From the NCBI GenBank assembly GCA_951406725.2, contig OX597835.1, forward strand, positions 38,502,001-38,566,000: a stretch of DNA of 64,000 nucleotides. Reading direction: 5' to 3'. The stretch comes from Octopus vulgaris. Its lineage: Eukaryota. The translations under genes and the position numbers were made by a program. The notes beneath the pieces are model-generated. The model ran no database searches. It worked only from the letters and a program-made list of their open reading frames with translations, and was not told the origin of the DNA. This document shows positions 1 to 14,082 of this stretch, piece by piece; position 1 is the stretch's first letter; each line of letters starts with the position of its first letter.

Positions 1-146
1 ATATATATATATATATATATATATATACAGTGTATATATACATGTTTGTGCGTCTGTGTGTGTCTCTGTGTGTGCGTATAAACACACACAAACTTGCACA
101 TACACACATAATCCATATTGTAATTGAACCTGAGAATTTGTTTCAA

Positions 147-177
147 GACTCGCGTTTCACGCTATTGCGATCTTCAG
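147..177 (-). ncRNA. Degenerate minimal hammerhead ribozyme core
   Basis: Minus strand reads CTGAAGA-T-CGC-AATA-GCG-T-GAAAC-GCGA-GTC: canonical core boxes, stem II, a 2-bp stem III with tetraloop and a GUC triplet. Stem I does not pair, so likely a relic. Confidence 0.4.
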
Positions 178-224
178 GCCAGACCCTTACTAGTCAGTAT
201 TGTAAGTGTATTGGACATACTTCA

Positions 225-605
225 AACTTCGGTATTAGAAAAAACATTTGAAGGCAGGAACTTCTATATACTGCCAACTTCCAAATATGCCATCTTCAAA
301 ATCACGAGCAAAAACAACTCTATTTGTACCGATCTGATATTTTGATATCCTCAGTTGTTCACTTGCTTACCTCAAGAAATCAGAAAGACAAATAAACCTC
401 TACTGAAATATTATTAAAAAAAAACATTGGATAAACTCTTAACGATGATATCAGACCAGGCAAGCATTCAAGGATACACTCAGGGAAGATCAGCTGCTAC
501 ACACTCATAGACCAACTTCCAGTTATAAAGCGACAACATGACTGATAGGAGACAAATTAAGGCTCCAGCGTGGCCATAATCTTACAACTAATACCATTTC
601 AAAAC
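225..605 (+). mobile_element. Degenerate CR1/L2-type LINE 3' end
   Basis: Broken translation GRNFYILP...YPQLFTCLPQEIR...LDKLLTMISDQ parallels the C-terminus of the 31068-31631 ORF (GRHCIVP...GPQLFNILPKNLR...LDLFLSGVPDE). Followed by tail-like GGCTCCAGCGTGGCCATA. Confidence 0.55.
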
Positions 606-653
606 ATACAAGAAAAAGGAATACATTTATACATCTATTGTGTATGTGTGTGT

Positions 654-720
<67 letters not shown>

Positions 721-721
721 A

Positions 722-1042
722 ATTATAAGCGCTACGTCGCTTACGAGGATCAGAGTTCTAATTGATCCAATCAACAGAACGGCATCATGGTGAATTTAAT
801 GTGCAAGTGACTGAGTACTCTACAGACACGCATACCCTTAACGTAGTTCTCAGGGAGATTCAAGGTGACTCAAGTGTGCCAAGGCTGACCCTTTGAAATT
901 CATTTTTTCCATCCAGCTGATTGGACTGGAACAATTTGAAATAAAGTGTTTTGACCAAGGACACAACACGTCGTCGGGAGTTGAACTCACGTCCTTACGA
1001 TCTTGAGCCGAATACCCTAACCATTATACTACGCGCCTTCAC
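722..1042 (-). mobile_element. tRNA-derived SINE, family D head/body with its own 3' tail
   Basis: Minus strand begins TGTGAAGGCGCGTAG...TGGTTAGGGT...GAGTTCAACTCC (A/B-box-like), then TTGGTCAAAACACTTTATTTCA...CCAGTCCAATCAGCTGG, shared with 12474-12959 and 59308 onward. Confidence 0.75.
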
Positions 1043-1079
1043 ATACATATAATTTTCTATCACGGAACAGCGCATTATG

Positions 1080-1140
<61 letters not shown>

Positions 1141-1142
<2 letters not shown>

Positions 1143-1257
1143 GCCTGCTCGCTTAGCCAGCGGGGTAACGTGTCATTTGAAGGCTAAAACAATGCGTAGT
1201 GCATTGTGACCAGCGATGTGTAGCAACATCAGATAGACTGGTCGGTCACGGTGATCA

Positions 1258-1260
<3 letters not shown>
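1141..1260 (+). mobile_element. SINE family C, 3' fragment
   Basis: TGGCCTGCTCGCTTAGCCAGCGGGGT...GCATTGTGACCAGCGATGTGT...GGTCGGTCACGGTGAT matches the 3' half of 45948-46263 and 49311-49620. Confidence 0.85.
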
Positions 1261-1293
<33 letters not shown>

Positions 1294-1646
1294 TTCTTCA
1301 TACATCTTATATACAACGTGTATTGAGCACTCCCTTCTTATTCGTTTGATATTAAGCAACACACATACACACATTTCAGGTGCGATTGTCTCATAGACCT
1401 TGCAAGGATCTTTCCATTGGCTGCTTGTTGTAGAATCGTAAAACGAACGGAATAGTAGAATAGCCGAAGAACAGACGAACAGAATATTGGAATGGAAGGT
1501 ATATATGGAAACTAAACGGCTAACACAAGTCAGCCAATCAGCAATGAGGACTTGCAGTGGTACTGATATTGATGGTGGTGGTGGTGTGGTGATGGTGGTG
1601 ATGGTGGTGGTGGTGGTGGTGGTGGTGGTGATGGTGATGGTGGTGA

Positions 1647-1695
<49 letters not shown>

Positions 1696-2280
1696 AGTGT
1701 GGATGTGATAGTGTGTGTATGATTGTGTGTGAGAGTGAATGTATGTGTGTCTATGGATACGTGTGTATGTACGTATGTGCGTATATGCATCAGTTTGTGT
1801 GTGTGTCGGTGAATGTGTATTAGATAGTGAAAGATTGTATGAGTGTGTGAGTGTGTATGTATGTGTGTGCATGCATATTTGTGTGTGTGCGTGCGTGCGT
1901 GTATGTGTGTGTGTGTATAGAATTCGGATGGTGTCGATTTCGGGTTAAATTTCCCCTGAGGTGTACGAGTGTATATATATTTGGAGGGGGTGGTGGAAAG
2001 GATTGAAGACGGGTGGGGGTGGTTTGGGAAGCATCTAATATAAAGCTGGCATGAATGGTCAATCCAGTTGTTAAGTGGTCTTGACAAACCACTTTAGGAG
2101 GAGATTAGAATGAATAAATGAATGAGAGAGAGAGAAAGAAAGAAGGAAAGAAGGAAAGAAAGAAAGAATGGAAGAATGGAAGAAAGAGAAGAGGAAAAGA
2201 GAGAGAGAGATAGAACTATAAGAAAAGAAGGAACGAAAGATGGGAATGTAATGGAAGACAGAGAAAAGGAAACGAGGGGC

Positions 2281-2461
2281 GAAGAAGAAGAAGAAGAAGA
2301 AGAAGAAGAAGAAGAAGAAGGAGAAGAAGAAGAAGAAGAAGAACAACAAGAAGAAGAAGAAGAAGAAGAAGAAGAAGAAAAACAAGAAGAAGAAGAAGAA
2401 GAAGAAGAAGAAGAAGAAAAAAGAAGAAGAAGAAGAAGAAGAAGAAGAAGAAGACGATGAA

Positions 2462-2496
<35 letters not shown>

Positions 2497-2516
2497 AGAA
2501 GAAGAAGAAGAAGAAG
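2281..2516. repeat. (GAA)n microsatellite
   Basis: Long, near-perfect GAA tract; complementary (CTT)n tracts at 2694-2742 and 3484-3617. Confidence 0.97.
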
Positions 2517-3137
2517 AGAGGGAGAGAGAGAAAAGTAAGAGAGGGAGGGAGGGAGAGGACGAAAGAGCATTTGAAAGAAAAGAAAGTGGAACCCAGCAGT
2601 AAAGGAGTGCCTAAGTTAAAAGCTCATTTTATTCAATAGTGCGAAGCTATTATAGTTGCTGCGGGGCTAATGTCAGCGATATATTAATTCATATCTTCTT
2701 CTTCTTCTTCTTCTTCTTCTTCTTCTTCTTCTTCTTCTTCTTCAGTTCTTCCTTCTCTCCTCCATTCCTTCCTCTTTCCTTTTATTTTTTTTTTTGCTTT
2801 TTTGTTATTTTATTTCGTAATTTTCGTTTCAATTTTCTCTCTGCCCTTAATTACATTATCGAATCTACTCTTATCTTCCAGTTTTAAAGATGGCACAGGT
2901 ACAGCCTTTGTGGTTAAGAAATTCGCTTTGCAACAACATGAAAAGCAAGATTACGGGTTCCTTTCTTCCACTGTGCAGTACTTTGACAAAGTGTCTTTTC
3001 TCCCCTTCGACAGTCCACGGGTCGACCAAAAACTTCGGAATGGAATTTGGTAAAGTGAAAAATATGTGAAGGCCTGAGAAAGGAACCGCACCTGTTCTTG
3101 AAAGGGTAACTTGAATTGTTCTCTGGTTTAACAGACC

Positions 3138-3344
3138 CAGTTGTTCTCAAACGGGATCCGTAAGGTCCTTGGGGTTCCATGTAAAATTTTGTTCCTAAAA
3201 CCCACAATAATTTGGTTTTATTTCTACTATACGCATAATGTTTTACCAATATCTTAAAACAGTTTCTAATAAGATTTAATTATAAAAATAAAATAAAACA
3301 GGAGTCAGACGGATCCATAGGTAAAATTTGGTTGGGAAACACTG
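3138..3344. mobile_element. hAT/Charlie-like MITE
   Basis: Termini CAGTTGTTCTCAAAC ... GTTGGGAAACACTG are imperfect TIRs of the CAGTGGTTCTCAAC type; internal sequence resembles 20460-20602/21453-21553 and 32205-32804. Confidence 0.55.
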
Positions 3345-3733
3345 ACTTAGACTGTAGGTGTGATTTGTAGAGTCAACTATCTTTCAAACACTCGGGCTAG
3401 GTTTTCTGAAATCGGAAACCAGGTCCGGATGTGAATTGAACAAGTATAATACACACTGCACTTGGACTTAATTGTCAAGTACTCTTCTTCTTCTTCTTCT
3501 TCTTCTTCTTCTTCTTCTTCTTCTTCTTCTTCTTCTTCTTCTTCTTCTTCTTCTTCTTCCTCCTCCTCCTCCTCCTCTTCTTCTTCTTCTTCCTCCTCCT
3601 CCTCCTCTTCTTCTTCTCACATTTTAATCTAATTTCTGTAGAATTATGTGGTTACCAATTCAGTCCCATTGCATGGAACCTTATGAGTAAATTTGAGAGA
3701 TAGAACTGTGTGGAACCTCACCATATATCAATA

Positions 3734-3773
<40 letters not shown>

Positions 3774-4402
3774 GTAGTAACGAAAATGACTTGTGGATGG
3801 AAAATTCTAAACTTTACTAACGTATTGTGACATAGGTTTCGGCATCCCGCATGTTCATTTGTGAGGACATTTTCACATCCATAAGATGTTATTGAATATT
3901 ATTTATAATATCTATGAATCTTCAGTAATGCCTCCATTACATGTACGGACATAAGCTCACACGATGGTTTGTCCTTGTGTTTGTTTTTACTTCCCATCAC
4001 CGCTTGATAACAAACAGGTTTTAATATGTTTACATTCACGTAACCTAGCGGTTCGACTGAAGTTACCGGTAAACTTAAATGAGATCAGACTGAAAGTATT
4101 ACTGGAGTCGAGTTGATCAACTAAATTCTTCAAGGTGTTGAACCAGCACGACAGCAGTTCAATGCTTATAACAGGTGTAAAACTAAAAGAACTTAATATT
4201 TATTTCAAATTCACCTGTAATTTTTTCTTTTTTTTTTTGGTTTTGTTTTCCTTTCACCTTTCAATATTTTCGTTCCGATATTTTTACCTTTAACTAATTA
4301 AATTCCTTGTTCTCTTACCTTTATCACATTTTCTCGGTCATTTGTTTAACTTTAGTTTGTCGTTATTCCCATTTCTTTATTTCTCTTTGTTTTTCACATA
4401 AA

Positions 4403-4807
4403 GAGACGGTTTGGCGCAGCTATTTGGACGCTAGTTATTTGGCGCTATTAGCTAGACGTTCGGCTTTTATTTTTGGCGACGATATCTTTGGCGATGAGAG
4501 TAAACATGCACACACACATACACACACATGTGCACGTATGTGCGCGCAGAAATATACACATACAGATAGAAAAAAGAGCGAGACATTACGATTTTTTAAT
4601 TTAACACTATTGACATAAGCACTTTCCCACCATCGTACGCATAGAAAGTTATATACATATAAACAGGGTGAGGGGAGGAAGGAAAAGAAAGAGAACGAGA
4701 CACAACACCAAGATGAGAGAAACATTAAAACCTCTGATGTCAAACAAGTCAGCCTCGAATCAGCGGCGCCCAAAAGCGATGCCAAATCAGCAGCGCCAAA
4801 ACGACTC
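4403..4807. mobile_element. Non-autonomous DNA element with TIRs and arrays of subterminal TTGGCGC/GCGCCAA repeats
   Basis: Left end GAGACGGTTTGGCGC, right end GCGCCAAAACGACTC (reverse complement GAGTCGTTTTGGCGC); several TTGGCG motifs on the left and CGCCAAA motifs on the right. Confidence 0.6.
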
Positions 4808-5710
4808 AAAGCCATATTCTTCATCTACATATATTACACTGTTTTTCTTTCTGTTTTTACCTGATTTCTTTCAATTTAGCCTAGTTTCTTCTTTAACACA
4901 TAATCACTCTCTTTTTATAAATTTTTATCATACCAACTACATAAATATTTCTATGTGGTCATTTTTTCGTCTTTTATCTTACATTAACTTTTCTACACAC
5001 CATCCAATGTGCTGAAGCCATCGAGGCGCATCCACATCGTGTGTGTATACGTAAGATTTTAGACTAATGGTCTACGAAGTGACATTCTGCATCAAACATC
5101 AAATATTCATTCGGTTGAGTGGAATGGAACAAAGAAAAATGAATTGTCTTTCCGAGGAATACGCGGTACCACGCGATCCAGCAATCAGCCCTATGGGTTT
5201 CAGATCACAACTTCAAACCACCTAACCACTGGGCCATTACGTCTCCACAACTTCCAAGCTTAGATTCATTCAATTTTGCCTCGTTTCAGTTCTTTTCCGC
5301 CATCGGTTTCTCGTTTTGTTTTTGTTATTTTGTTATTTCGCTGGGTTTTTTTGTCATTTTCACAAAAATTTCTGGCAATATTTCTTTTCAATTTCGTTCA
5401 CTTTTCAGACACAGACACATATATACGCACATACACAGAGAAAATAAATACATACATACGCAAAAACGCTCGCATATGTAGTCACGCATGCGCACAGTCG
5501 TCTTTCTGCCCCATTCATTTTCTATCATTTTCACCCATTTTCGTCATTCAAACTTAATTTTTCCTCTTCGTTCAGTTCTCTTTCCTATTTTCAATCACTT
5601 TTGTTGAAGTTCATCTAATTTTTTGCCAATATTTACCAATTATCATTCTTTCACGTTTTTCGTTGTTTTTACGTTCTATTGCTGCCTCTATGTAAGTGTG
5701 TGTATATATA

Positions 5711-5748
<38 letters not shown>

Positions 5749-5839
5749 TATATACTTATATAAGCATTATAAATATATATATATTTATGTGTGTGTGTGT
5801 TTGTATTTATATGCATATACACATATTTTCATAGATGGG

Positions 5840-5923
<84 letters not shown>

Positions 5924-6186
5924 TGTATGTATGTCTACACACACACATATATTATATACGTATACAAACGCAGTAATGTTGATAAATATGTATATGTACT
6001 CGCATGTATGTGTGTGCGCTTGTCTGAGTAATATATATATATGAATACATGTATATTACAGAGATACATGAACACATACATACATACACACTCACACACA
6101 CACACACACACACATATATATGTGTGTGTATTTATATATATGCATATATCCATCTGATGTTAAACATGCTTATGTCTACATATATA

Positions 6187-6230
<44 letters not shown>

Positions 6231-7022
6231 AAGAAAATGAAAGAGATGGAGACGGACAGACAGACAGGCAGGCAGGCAGACAGACTGACAGACAGACAGA
6301 CAGACGGATACATACTTTCATAGAAATGTACAGTTCATAAATATGTATTTACGTGTACGTTTGTGTGTGACTATGTATAAGCTTTGTCTACGAATATACA
6401 TACATATGTATATATGTAAATATGTATATATATGTTTATAGTGGTCTTTTTAATCATATATTTCTAGAATGTACTTGGCCATTCTACGAAGGTTTCCAAC
6501 GCATTTGACAAGAGTGGATTCAATTAGTATATTTGCCATATTCTCCTTCAGGAGCCATTTGCCTTATTCTCTGTGGTTCACCAATGTTCTTCTTGCCTTC
6601 GAACGTGTTTCGCGAAATTAATGGGAGAAGTGGCGGTGGGTGGGTGGTGGTGGTGGTGGTGGGGTGGAGAATGAGAGAGAAATCGAGAGATGTTGAAAAG
6701 GGGAGAGAGAACGAGAAAGAGAGTGAAGGAGAGTGAGAGAGAGTGAGGAGTGAGAGAGAGAGAAAGAAATATGAAGAAATTATATTGAGTGAGCAAGAGA
6801 CAGAGAAAGATACATACACACATACACATACGCACACACAAGCACACATATACATACATACACACACATACTGACATACACACATACACACATACACACA
6901 TGCACAAACACATACACACACACACACACACACAAATATACATATGCATATATATATATATATAATCAGACACGTATACATGTAGATAGCTAAATAGATA
7001 GATAGATAGATACATACATACA

Positions 7023-7056
<34 letters not shown>

Positions 7057-7119
7057 GACATACAGACATACATACATACATACAGACATACAGACAGATA
7101 TACTGACAGACAGACGTAC

Positions 7120-7207
<88 letters not shown>

Positions 7208-7732
7208 TGATTGAAAGAGAGATAGAGAGTGACAGAGAGAAGAATATATAATAGGAAGTAAAGAAGGAAGAGAGAGTGTGTGTGTGATAACAGAGAGAAA
7301 GGCAGAAAGAGTTAGAGAGAGAGAGAGAGATGGAGAGAGAGAGAGAGAGAAATATAAAGGGAAATGAAAATGAAAAGGAGAGGGTGATGGAGTGAAAGAA
7401 AATGGTAGAGGCTGAAAGAAGAGAAGGAGAGAGAGAGAGAGAGAGTCTTATTGGGTAAACTGTATGAAATATTAACTTATGTATGTTTGTTGGAGATGGC
7501 GGTGGGAAGGCATACAGAAGAAGGAATGTATTATTTGGGTCTTAAGCAGTTGTGAGTGTATATGTGTTTGTGTGTCTGTGTCCGTTAGTCTTTCTTTCTT
7601 AGTCTGTCTTTCTTTCTTCCTCTCTACTTCGTGTGTAGTTCTGTTTGCGCATGTAGCAGGAATTTCGCTGTGTATTACTCTGTGTCAGTGTGTGTGTGTG
7701 TGTGTGTGTGTGTATTATAAATGGCGTACTAT

Positions 7733-8420
7733 GAGGTGATCAGATGGCAGTCGTTGGCTCGCCGGCTAAAATGCTTTGCGGCATTTCGTCCGTCTTTACG
7801 TTCAGTGTTCGAATTGCCCCTCCCCCAGGAGATCGACTTTTCTTTCCATACTTTCGGGGTCGATAAAATATGTAGCAATTGAACATTTGAGTCAATGTAA
7901 TCGACTTTACCCCGCAGCAAAAAGTTGCTGGCTTTGTGCCAAAATTTGAAACCGATACAGATGGTGTACAATAGGCGCCTTGCTATGATCGGTAACACGG
8001 CGGACCGGCCGACTGTTATAGGAGAGGCTTGTGGTTCGATCCTCAGGCAGATCAGTTTATTAGCTGCAATACGTGCAAAAAATCCCTTGTAGTGAAGGCA
8101 CGAGGCCTGAAATTTTGGAGGGAGGGATTAAGTCGATTACATCGACCCTAGTACTCCACCCGTAGTTAACTGATCGATTCAGAGCTCGGTGGAGCTTGAA
8201 TTCCGAACTTAAAGGCGGACGAAATGCCGCTAAACATTTCACCCGGCATGCTAACGATTTTGCGATCCTGCAGCCTTAAACGTGCAAAAGAGTGCTTTGT
8301 ACTGAAATTTGGGGGAGGGAACTAGTTGATTACATCGACCCCTGTACTTCACTTTTACTTAATTTATCGACCCCGAAAGGATAACAGGCAAAGTCGACCT
8401 CGGCGGAATTTGAGGAAGCG
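7733..8420. mobile_element. Cluster of degenerate family B SINEs in both orientations
   Basis: A + copy at ~7733-7952 and - copies at ~8093-8277 and ~8300-8420, all carrying the GTCGACTTT..CTTTC(C)AT.CTTTCGGGGTCGATAAA core or parts of it. Confidence 0.7.
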
Positions 8421-8908
8421 AATTTGAAAGTGCGAAGACCATCGTAGGAGCAGAATGCAACGCTGGGAGCCGCGGTTGAGAGCCGCTGGTGTAGATTCTA
8501 GTACGATGCGACGATAGACGAATGGATAAGGAGTTGGATTCGCAACCACAAAATTCGAGGTTCGAACCCATTTCGTGACGTTTTGAGTAAGATTTCTTTT
8601 TTTACCGAAACCTCAGATTTTACTCAGTCTTTGCATTGAAACAATACACGGAAACTATGTAGTTTGTCTTTATTCGCATTCCTTTATTATGGCTGTAAAT
8701 ATGGCTTGAACACGTGTCTTTGGAAAATTCGGCCATTTTCTCACTAAATCAACCTGGAACACCCCACGAAATGCCTTCTGGCATTTGCTTCGATTCCTTG
8801 CATTCTGTGCTCAAATCCCATCAACGTCAACGTTGTCTCATTCTTCAGTGATCCTATCAAATAAAGGAACCGATCTAAGACAGTAGACTAATGGTTTTGT
8901 GGGGCCGA

Positions 8909-9140
8909 AGGCGGCGAGCTGGCAGAAACGTTAGCACGGCGGGCGAAATGCCTAGCGGTATTTCGGTGCCGCTACGTTCTGGGTTCAAATTCCGCCGAGG
9001 TCGACTTTACCTTTCATCCTTTCGGGTTCGATAAATTAAGTACCAGTTACGCACTGGGGTCGATATAATCGACATCATCCCTTTGTCTGTCCTTGTTTGT
9101 CCTCCCTATGTTTAGCCCCTTGTGGGTAGTAAAGAAATAA
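8909..9140 (+). mobile_element. SINE family B, full length, with 11-bp TSD
   Basis: AGGCGGCGAGCTGGCAGAAACGTTAGCAC...GGTTCAAATTCCGCCGAGGTCGACTTT.CCTTTCATCCTTTCGGG...TGTGGGTAGTAAAGAAATA; TSD TGTGGGGCCGA at 8898-8908 and 9145-9155. The central motif resembles the Nin/Deu-type SINE domain. Confidence 0.92.
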
Positions 9141-10811
9141 GTAGTGTGGGGCCGAGATATTTTGTTGTATTTGCTTCCGTTCTTTGCGTTCTAAGCTCAA
9201 ATTCTGCCACGGCCTACACAGGTAGTAGACGTAACCCGTCGCCTTACTTGACACTCTCACCTGGGTTTGAGATGCTTTTAACTGAATTTGTTCTTTTGCA
9301 AGGATTCAGACGAAGTTCCCGATTTGAGGTTTTCTCCCTCGCGCCCACAGCTTCGGGGGCCTTGTAAAGTGCTCTGAGTTTCACTCTGTCTGTCTGTCGT
9401 CGTTTTTCCATTAACAAGACAACGAGGATGCTTCTACATGGTTATTCAATTTGTTGGAAATAACAGCTAAATTTCTCTCAAATCACAGCAGCCTGCCGTC
9501 ATGAAAAGTCTTGGGCGCATTGGAGAATGTGTTTTCTTGATATCCTCTCCTTCCTCATAAATATACAAGGTGGTCCTAATTGGAATGCTTTTGATCATTG
9601 TTTTCCTGATCAAGACTGGTCTGAGATTGAACAAGAGGAACAACAACACAAACAATATTAATATGTTTAAATTAACAATGGTAGTTAAATTATGGAGACA
9701 ACAACCACATCAAAAGCAGTTGTAATAATAGCAGCAATAACAGGTTAAACAATGCCATAAAAATCATCAAGAACTGCAACGCCAGCATCGTGACCTCCAA
9801 CACCACCTTCATTATTGTTACCATAACAACCAATCGACGACAAAAACAACAACAACAATAACATCAGCAGTAGCAGCAGCATCAAAACTAACATCATAAT
9901 CAACGCTGTATCACCACAAAACAACTCCAACAATAACAATACAACACATTTACTAACTCCAATCAACAGAAACAACAGTAATAGAAACACTAGCGCCACC
10001 AGCACCACCACCAAGAACAATAACAACAAAAAAGGGAGATAAATCGACAAAATTTTTAAAGAGAGTTAAGATAAAAATGGCGGCTTTAACTATTAAAAGA
10101 AAAATGTCGGTCATATGTAGAGAAAAAAAATGGAGAATTTTGAATACAGGAAATTGGTGATATTTGTTGTTGGATGGTTTGTTGGTTCGTCAGTCGGTAG
10201 GTCGGCTGGTTGGTAGTCGGAGCGGGGTTGTGAAGTATTTAAATGAAGAAAAAAACTGGAAAAAAATTGAGAAGAAGTAGTCAGGAAAATAGTATTATTT
10301 GAAAAGCTGCATCTGAAGTAGCTAATTGGATAAAATAAAACGCTAATTTTAGTGAGGCTGAGTCATAAAAATAGGTGTGAGTTGGTCGTTGAACGGACAT
10401 GTTTGATTTTTATTCCTGAATACTAATAAATAATTAGAATGAAGTTAAGATGGCTGTTCGTTTTATTTATTAATTTTTTCGTTCAGTTATGGTTTATTCT
10501 TCATTTTAACTTTTCTATTGTTGTTTTTTATATTTGTTTTATCACATTTAATTTATTTCTATCTTTTTTCTATTTTTTTGTTAGTTCTCCTTCAGAGTAA
10601 AGTTGCTGTTTCTGTTCTTGTTCTTGTTGTTGTTGTTGCTTCAGCTTTGTTGATTATGGTGGATGCTTCTTTTTCTTCAGCAAACACTGGGATTGTTATT
10701 TACTCTTCTCTATGTGTATATATGCATCTTTAAACGTGTATATGCATATGTGAGTTCATGACTTTGTGTCTTAATGTTACGCACATTTGTGCATTGTGCG
10801 TACATTACGCA

Positions 10812-11000
<189 letters not shown>

Positions 11001-11135
11001 GGCGCAGGAGAGGCTGTGTGGTAAGTTGCTTGCTTACCAACCACATGGTTCCGGGTTCAGTCTTCTATTATAGCCTCGTGCCGACCAAATCCTTGTGAGT
11101 GGATTTGGTAGGCGGAAACTGAAGGAAGCCCGTCG
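11001..11135 (+). mobile_element. SINE family A, 5' part with internal deletion
   Basis: GGCGCAGGAGAGGCTGTGTGGTAAG...GGTTCCGGGTTCAGTC...GAAGCCCGTCG. Confidence 0.85.
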
Positions 11136-11585
11136 TACACATGACTGTACATGAAAACTTTCGGCATTCTTTCGACACTCATTCTGACGACATGGCCAGC
11201 TCAGTACAATTACGACTGCATAAGGAACCTCTCGATCCCAAAAACTTTACACTTACAAAACAGGTCAGCATTTGAAACTCTGTATTTCAGTGAATAACAT
11301 GAGATTGCCCCGAGACAGCTTTTGTAAATGTCTTGTTGATTAATGTATCGTCTATAAGTTACCCACACAAGAGAATGGTAAGAATAGCAGATTTATAGAC
11401 TTGTGTTTATCTGTATTTCTAATTCCAAATGAACACGATTTGGAAATTTTTCTTATAGCCATTCTTGACCCGGTGGACTTTGCCTTGGATGGAGAATTCG
11501 GATTTTAAGTTCAAATCCATTCGAACACCACTATGTTTCTTCTATAATGAACACATCTATCTGTCAGCTACTGAATACGCGCACG

Positions 11586-11639
<54 letters not shown>

Positions 11640-11869
11640 AACACATATATACGTGTGTGTGCTTGTTTGAGCTATGCATTTTATTTGTATCTAGACTGTC
11701 TAATTTGACACGGCGATATTTGCATATCTGTTGCGACATGAAATCTTGCGTATCCATTTGCAAGTCTGGGTGTGAGTGTAAAGCAAGGTGACATTTTAAC
11801 GCCAACTTTGTTTCCAAAATATTCCATTAAACTGCTATCTTATGCTTCGCAAAACTATGATGAAAATGA

Positions 11870-12370
11870 TAAAGTTATTAAAATAAGATTTTGAAGTTCG
11901 GGTGGGAAGATTTTCAATTTACGACGCGTCAATTATAAATCAAAGAGATTTCTGGCTCTAATTAAAGAAGTCTTGTTCGCTGCCATGCTGACATTATAGC
12001 ACATCCAGAAGATTATACGCAGATCAAAATGGACAGATTTTCTGCTGCATGCAATGTCTTTGGCCAAACTATAAATTTAATGGAGGCCAATCTGACGCTC
12101 ATACCGGCACCTGTGAAGCAATATGTGAAGCCTAATATCTATGTAAAAACACCAGATTAGAAGTAGTGAATATAGTTTCATAATTGGGAAGAGACATATT
12201 CAGAGATGGCAGTCAGAGTTCTGACTTTATGTTTAGAATCAAAAACGCAAGTACGGCAAATCACACAAAAATCTGCGTTTACACGATGTGCACACTGATA
12301 ATACTCTTTACTACTTCTTCTGCATATAGTAACCATATGAAAATGCTTGAGAGATTTCACTAAAACTGAC
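11870..12370 (+). pseudogene. RTE(BovB)-like LINE reverse transcriptase relic
   Basis: Frameshifted translation LIKEVLFA / ADIIAHPEDYTQIKMDRFSAACNVFGQTINL...PAPVKQYVKPNIYV...LEVV...MLERFH matches the RTE pattern LLFADD-ALVAH-MDRFS-FGLTI-QPAP-EPNI-LERFH. Confidence 0.7.
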
Positions 12371-12473
12371 CCAGATGAATACTAAGGATAAAATGGTAAG
12401 ATGATTTGCTTTCAGACACTAAAATACTCCAGAGTGCTTGTAGGTTACATAGAGTCATAAATAAAATAAATGT

Positions 12474-12959
12474 GTCCTTTTTAAAGCCTAACCAGGCTCA
12501 TGGGCCCGGTTTCCCGGTTTCTATGGCGTATGTATTCCCCAGCTGGACGGGACGCCAGTCCATCGCAGCGTTACTCATTTTTGCCAGCTGAGTGGACTGG
12601 AGCAACGTGAAATAAAGTGTTTTGCTCAAAAACACAACGTGTCGCCCGGTCCAGGAATCGAAACCGCAATCTTACGATCATGATGCTGACACCCTAACCA
12701 CTAAGCCACGCGCCTCCACAAATAAATGCGTCCTTTTAAAGCCTAGCCAGGCTCATGGGCCCGGTTTCCCGGTTTCTATGGCGTATGTGTTCCCCAGTTG
12801 GACGGGACGCCAGTCCATCGCAGCGTTACTCATTTTTGCCAGCTGAGTGGACTGGAGCAACGTGAAATAAAGTGTTTTGCTCAAGAACACAACGCGCCGC
12901 CCGGTCCAGGAATCGAAACCACAATCTTACGATCATGATGCTGACACCCTATCCACTAA
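12474..12959 (-). mobile_element. Tandem dimer of a family D tRNA-SINE (two ~247-bp units)
   Basis: Near-identical units 12474-12720 and 12721-12959; head TGTGGAGGCGCGTGGCTTAGTGGTTAGGG...GTTTCGATTCC and body GCGATGGACTGGCGTCCCGTCCAG...GAAACCGGGAAACCGGGCCCATGAGCC. Confidence 0.88.
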
Positions 12960-13438
12960 GAATTTTTAGAGACCCAAATTCTATAGACTCAGATTTTGTG
13001 ATCATAGACTTGCGGTTCAGTTCGTCCCAGGTTCGATTCAGGTATACGATGTTGATAAGCCATAAAATAGGATAAATATCGGTATCCCTTATACATGGAT
13101 GAAACTGGGGTCAAGCTGTATTGCCAGTGTATGACTTTCAGATATTTTAACAATCAGTGCGCTGAAGGAGTCATCTCCAGAATGCAGTAGGATTGCGAAC
13201 TGGCGAACAAGCATATCACATATCACGTTGCTTATAATTCGTAATTTAATTTAATTTTACGTATGCGTCGCCGTGGCATACCAGCAAATGGATCTCACAC
13301 TATTTGTATATAGTCATAGTTTTGCTATTCAATTCGTCCTCAGAGTTCTGATCCGCCGCGAAACGACAAACCTATATTATATATGTGCACACGATAATGC
13401 TTATATACATATGCATTTACATACATACATACATACAT

Positions 13439-13492
<54 letters not shown>

Positions 13493-13647
13493 GTTATCAT
13501 TTGAGGGAATAAAATCCAAAACTTACAAGGAAGTAAATTTAGAAATACTAAATCAAATTTCACATAATATAATACATATATAAAATTTATATATATATAT
13601 ACACACGTATATATGTACGTATGTATGCATGTATGTATATGTGTATG

Positions 13648-13691
<44 letters not shown>

Positions 13692-14020
13692 CACATATAA
13701 ACATATTTGCATACGTATGTATATATATATATGTACACATATATGCATGTATGTATGTGTGTGAGTGGGTTTGTGTATGCGAGCGTGTGTTTATGTGTGT
13801 GTGCGTGTGTGTGTATATATATATATGTGTGTGTGTGTGTGGTGTGAACTATATGCCCATATGACGGATTGATGCCGGGCTGTGAGTAGTTGTCAGTTTT
13901 CACCTCGGTTAACATTAACACTGCAAAGTATTAAGAAAAATAGACAAAAGTTGTCAAAAGTGATTTATCGTACCATGAGAGAAGTACATGTGAGCGTATG
14001 CATGTTTGCATGTATATACA

Positions 14021-14082
<62 letters not shown>

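Noticed and set aside
2122-2639. Poly-Glu/Lys ORFs
   Set aside because: Products of the (GAA)n tract.
2868-3090. Apparent splice acceptor and ORF 2802-3053
   Set aside because: The sequence downstream of the acceptor is a degenerate family A SINE head.
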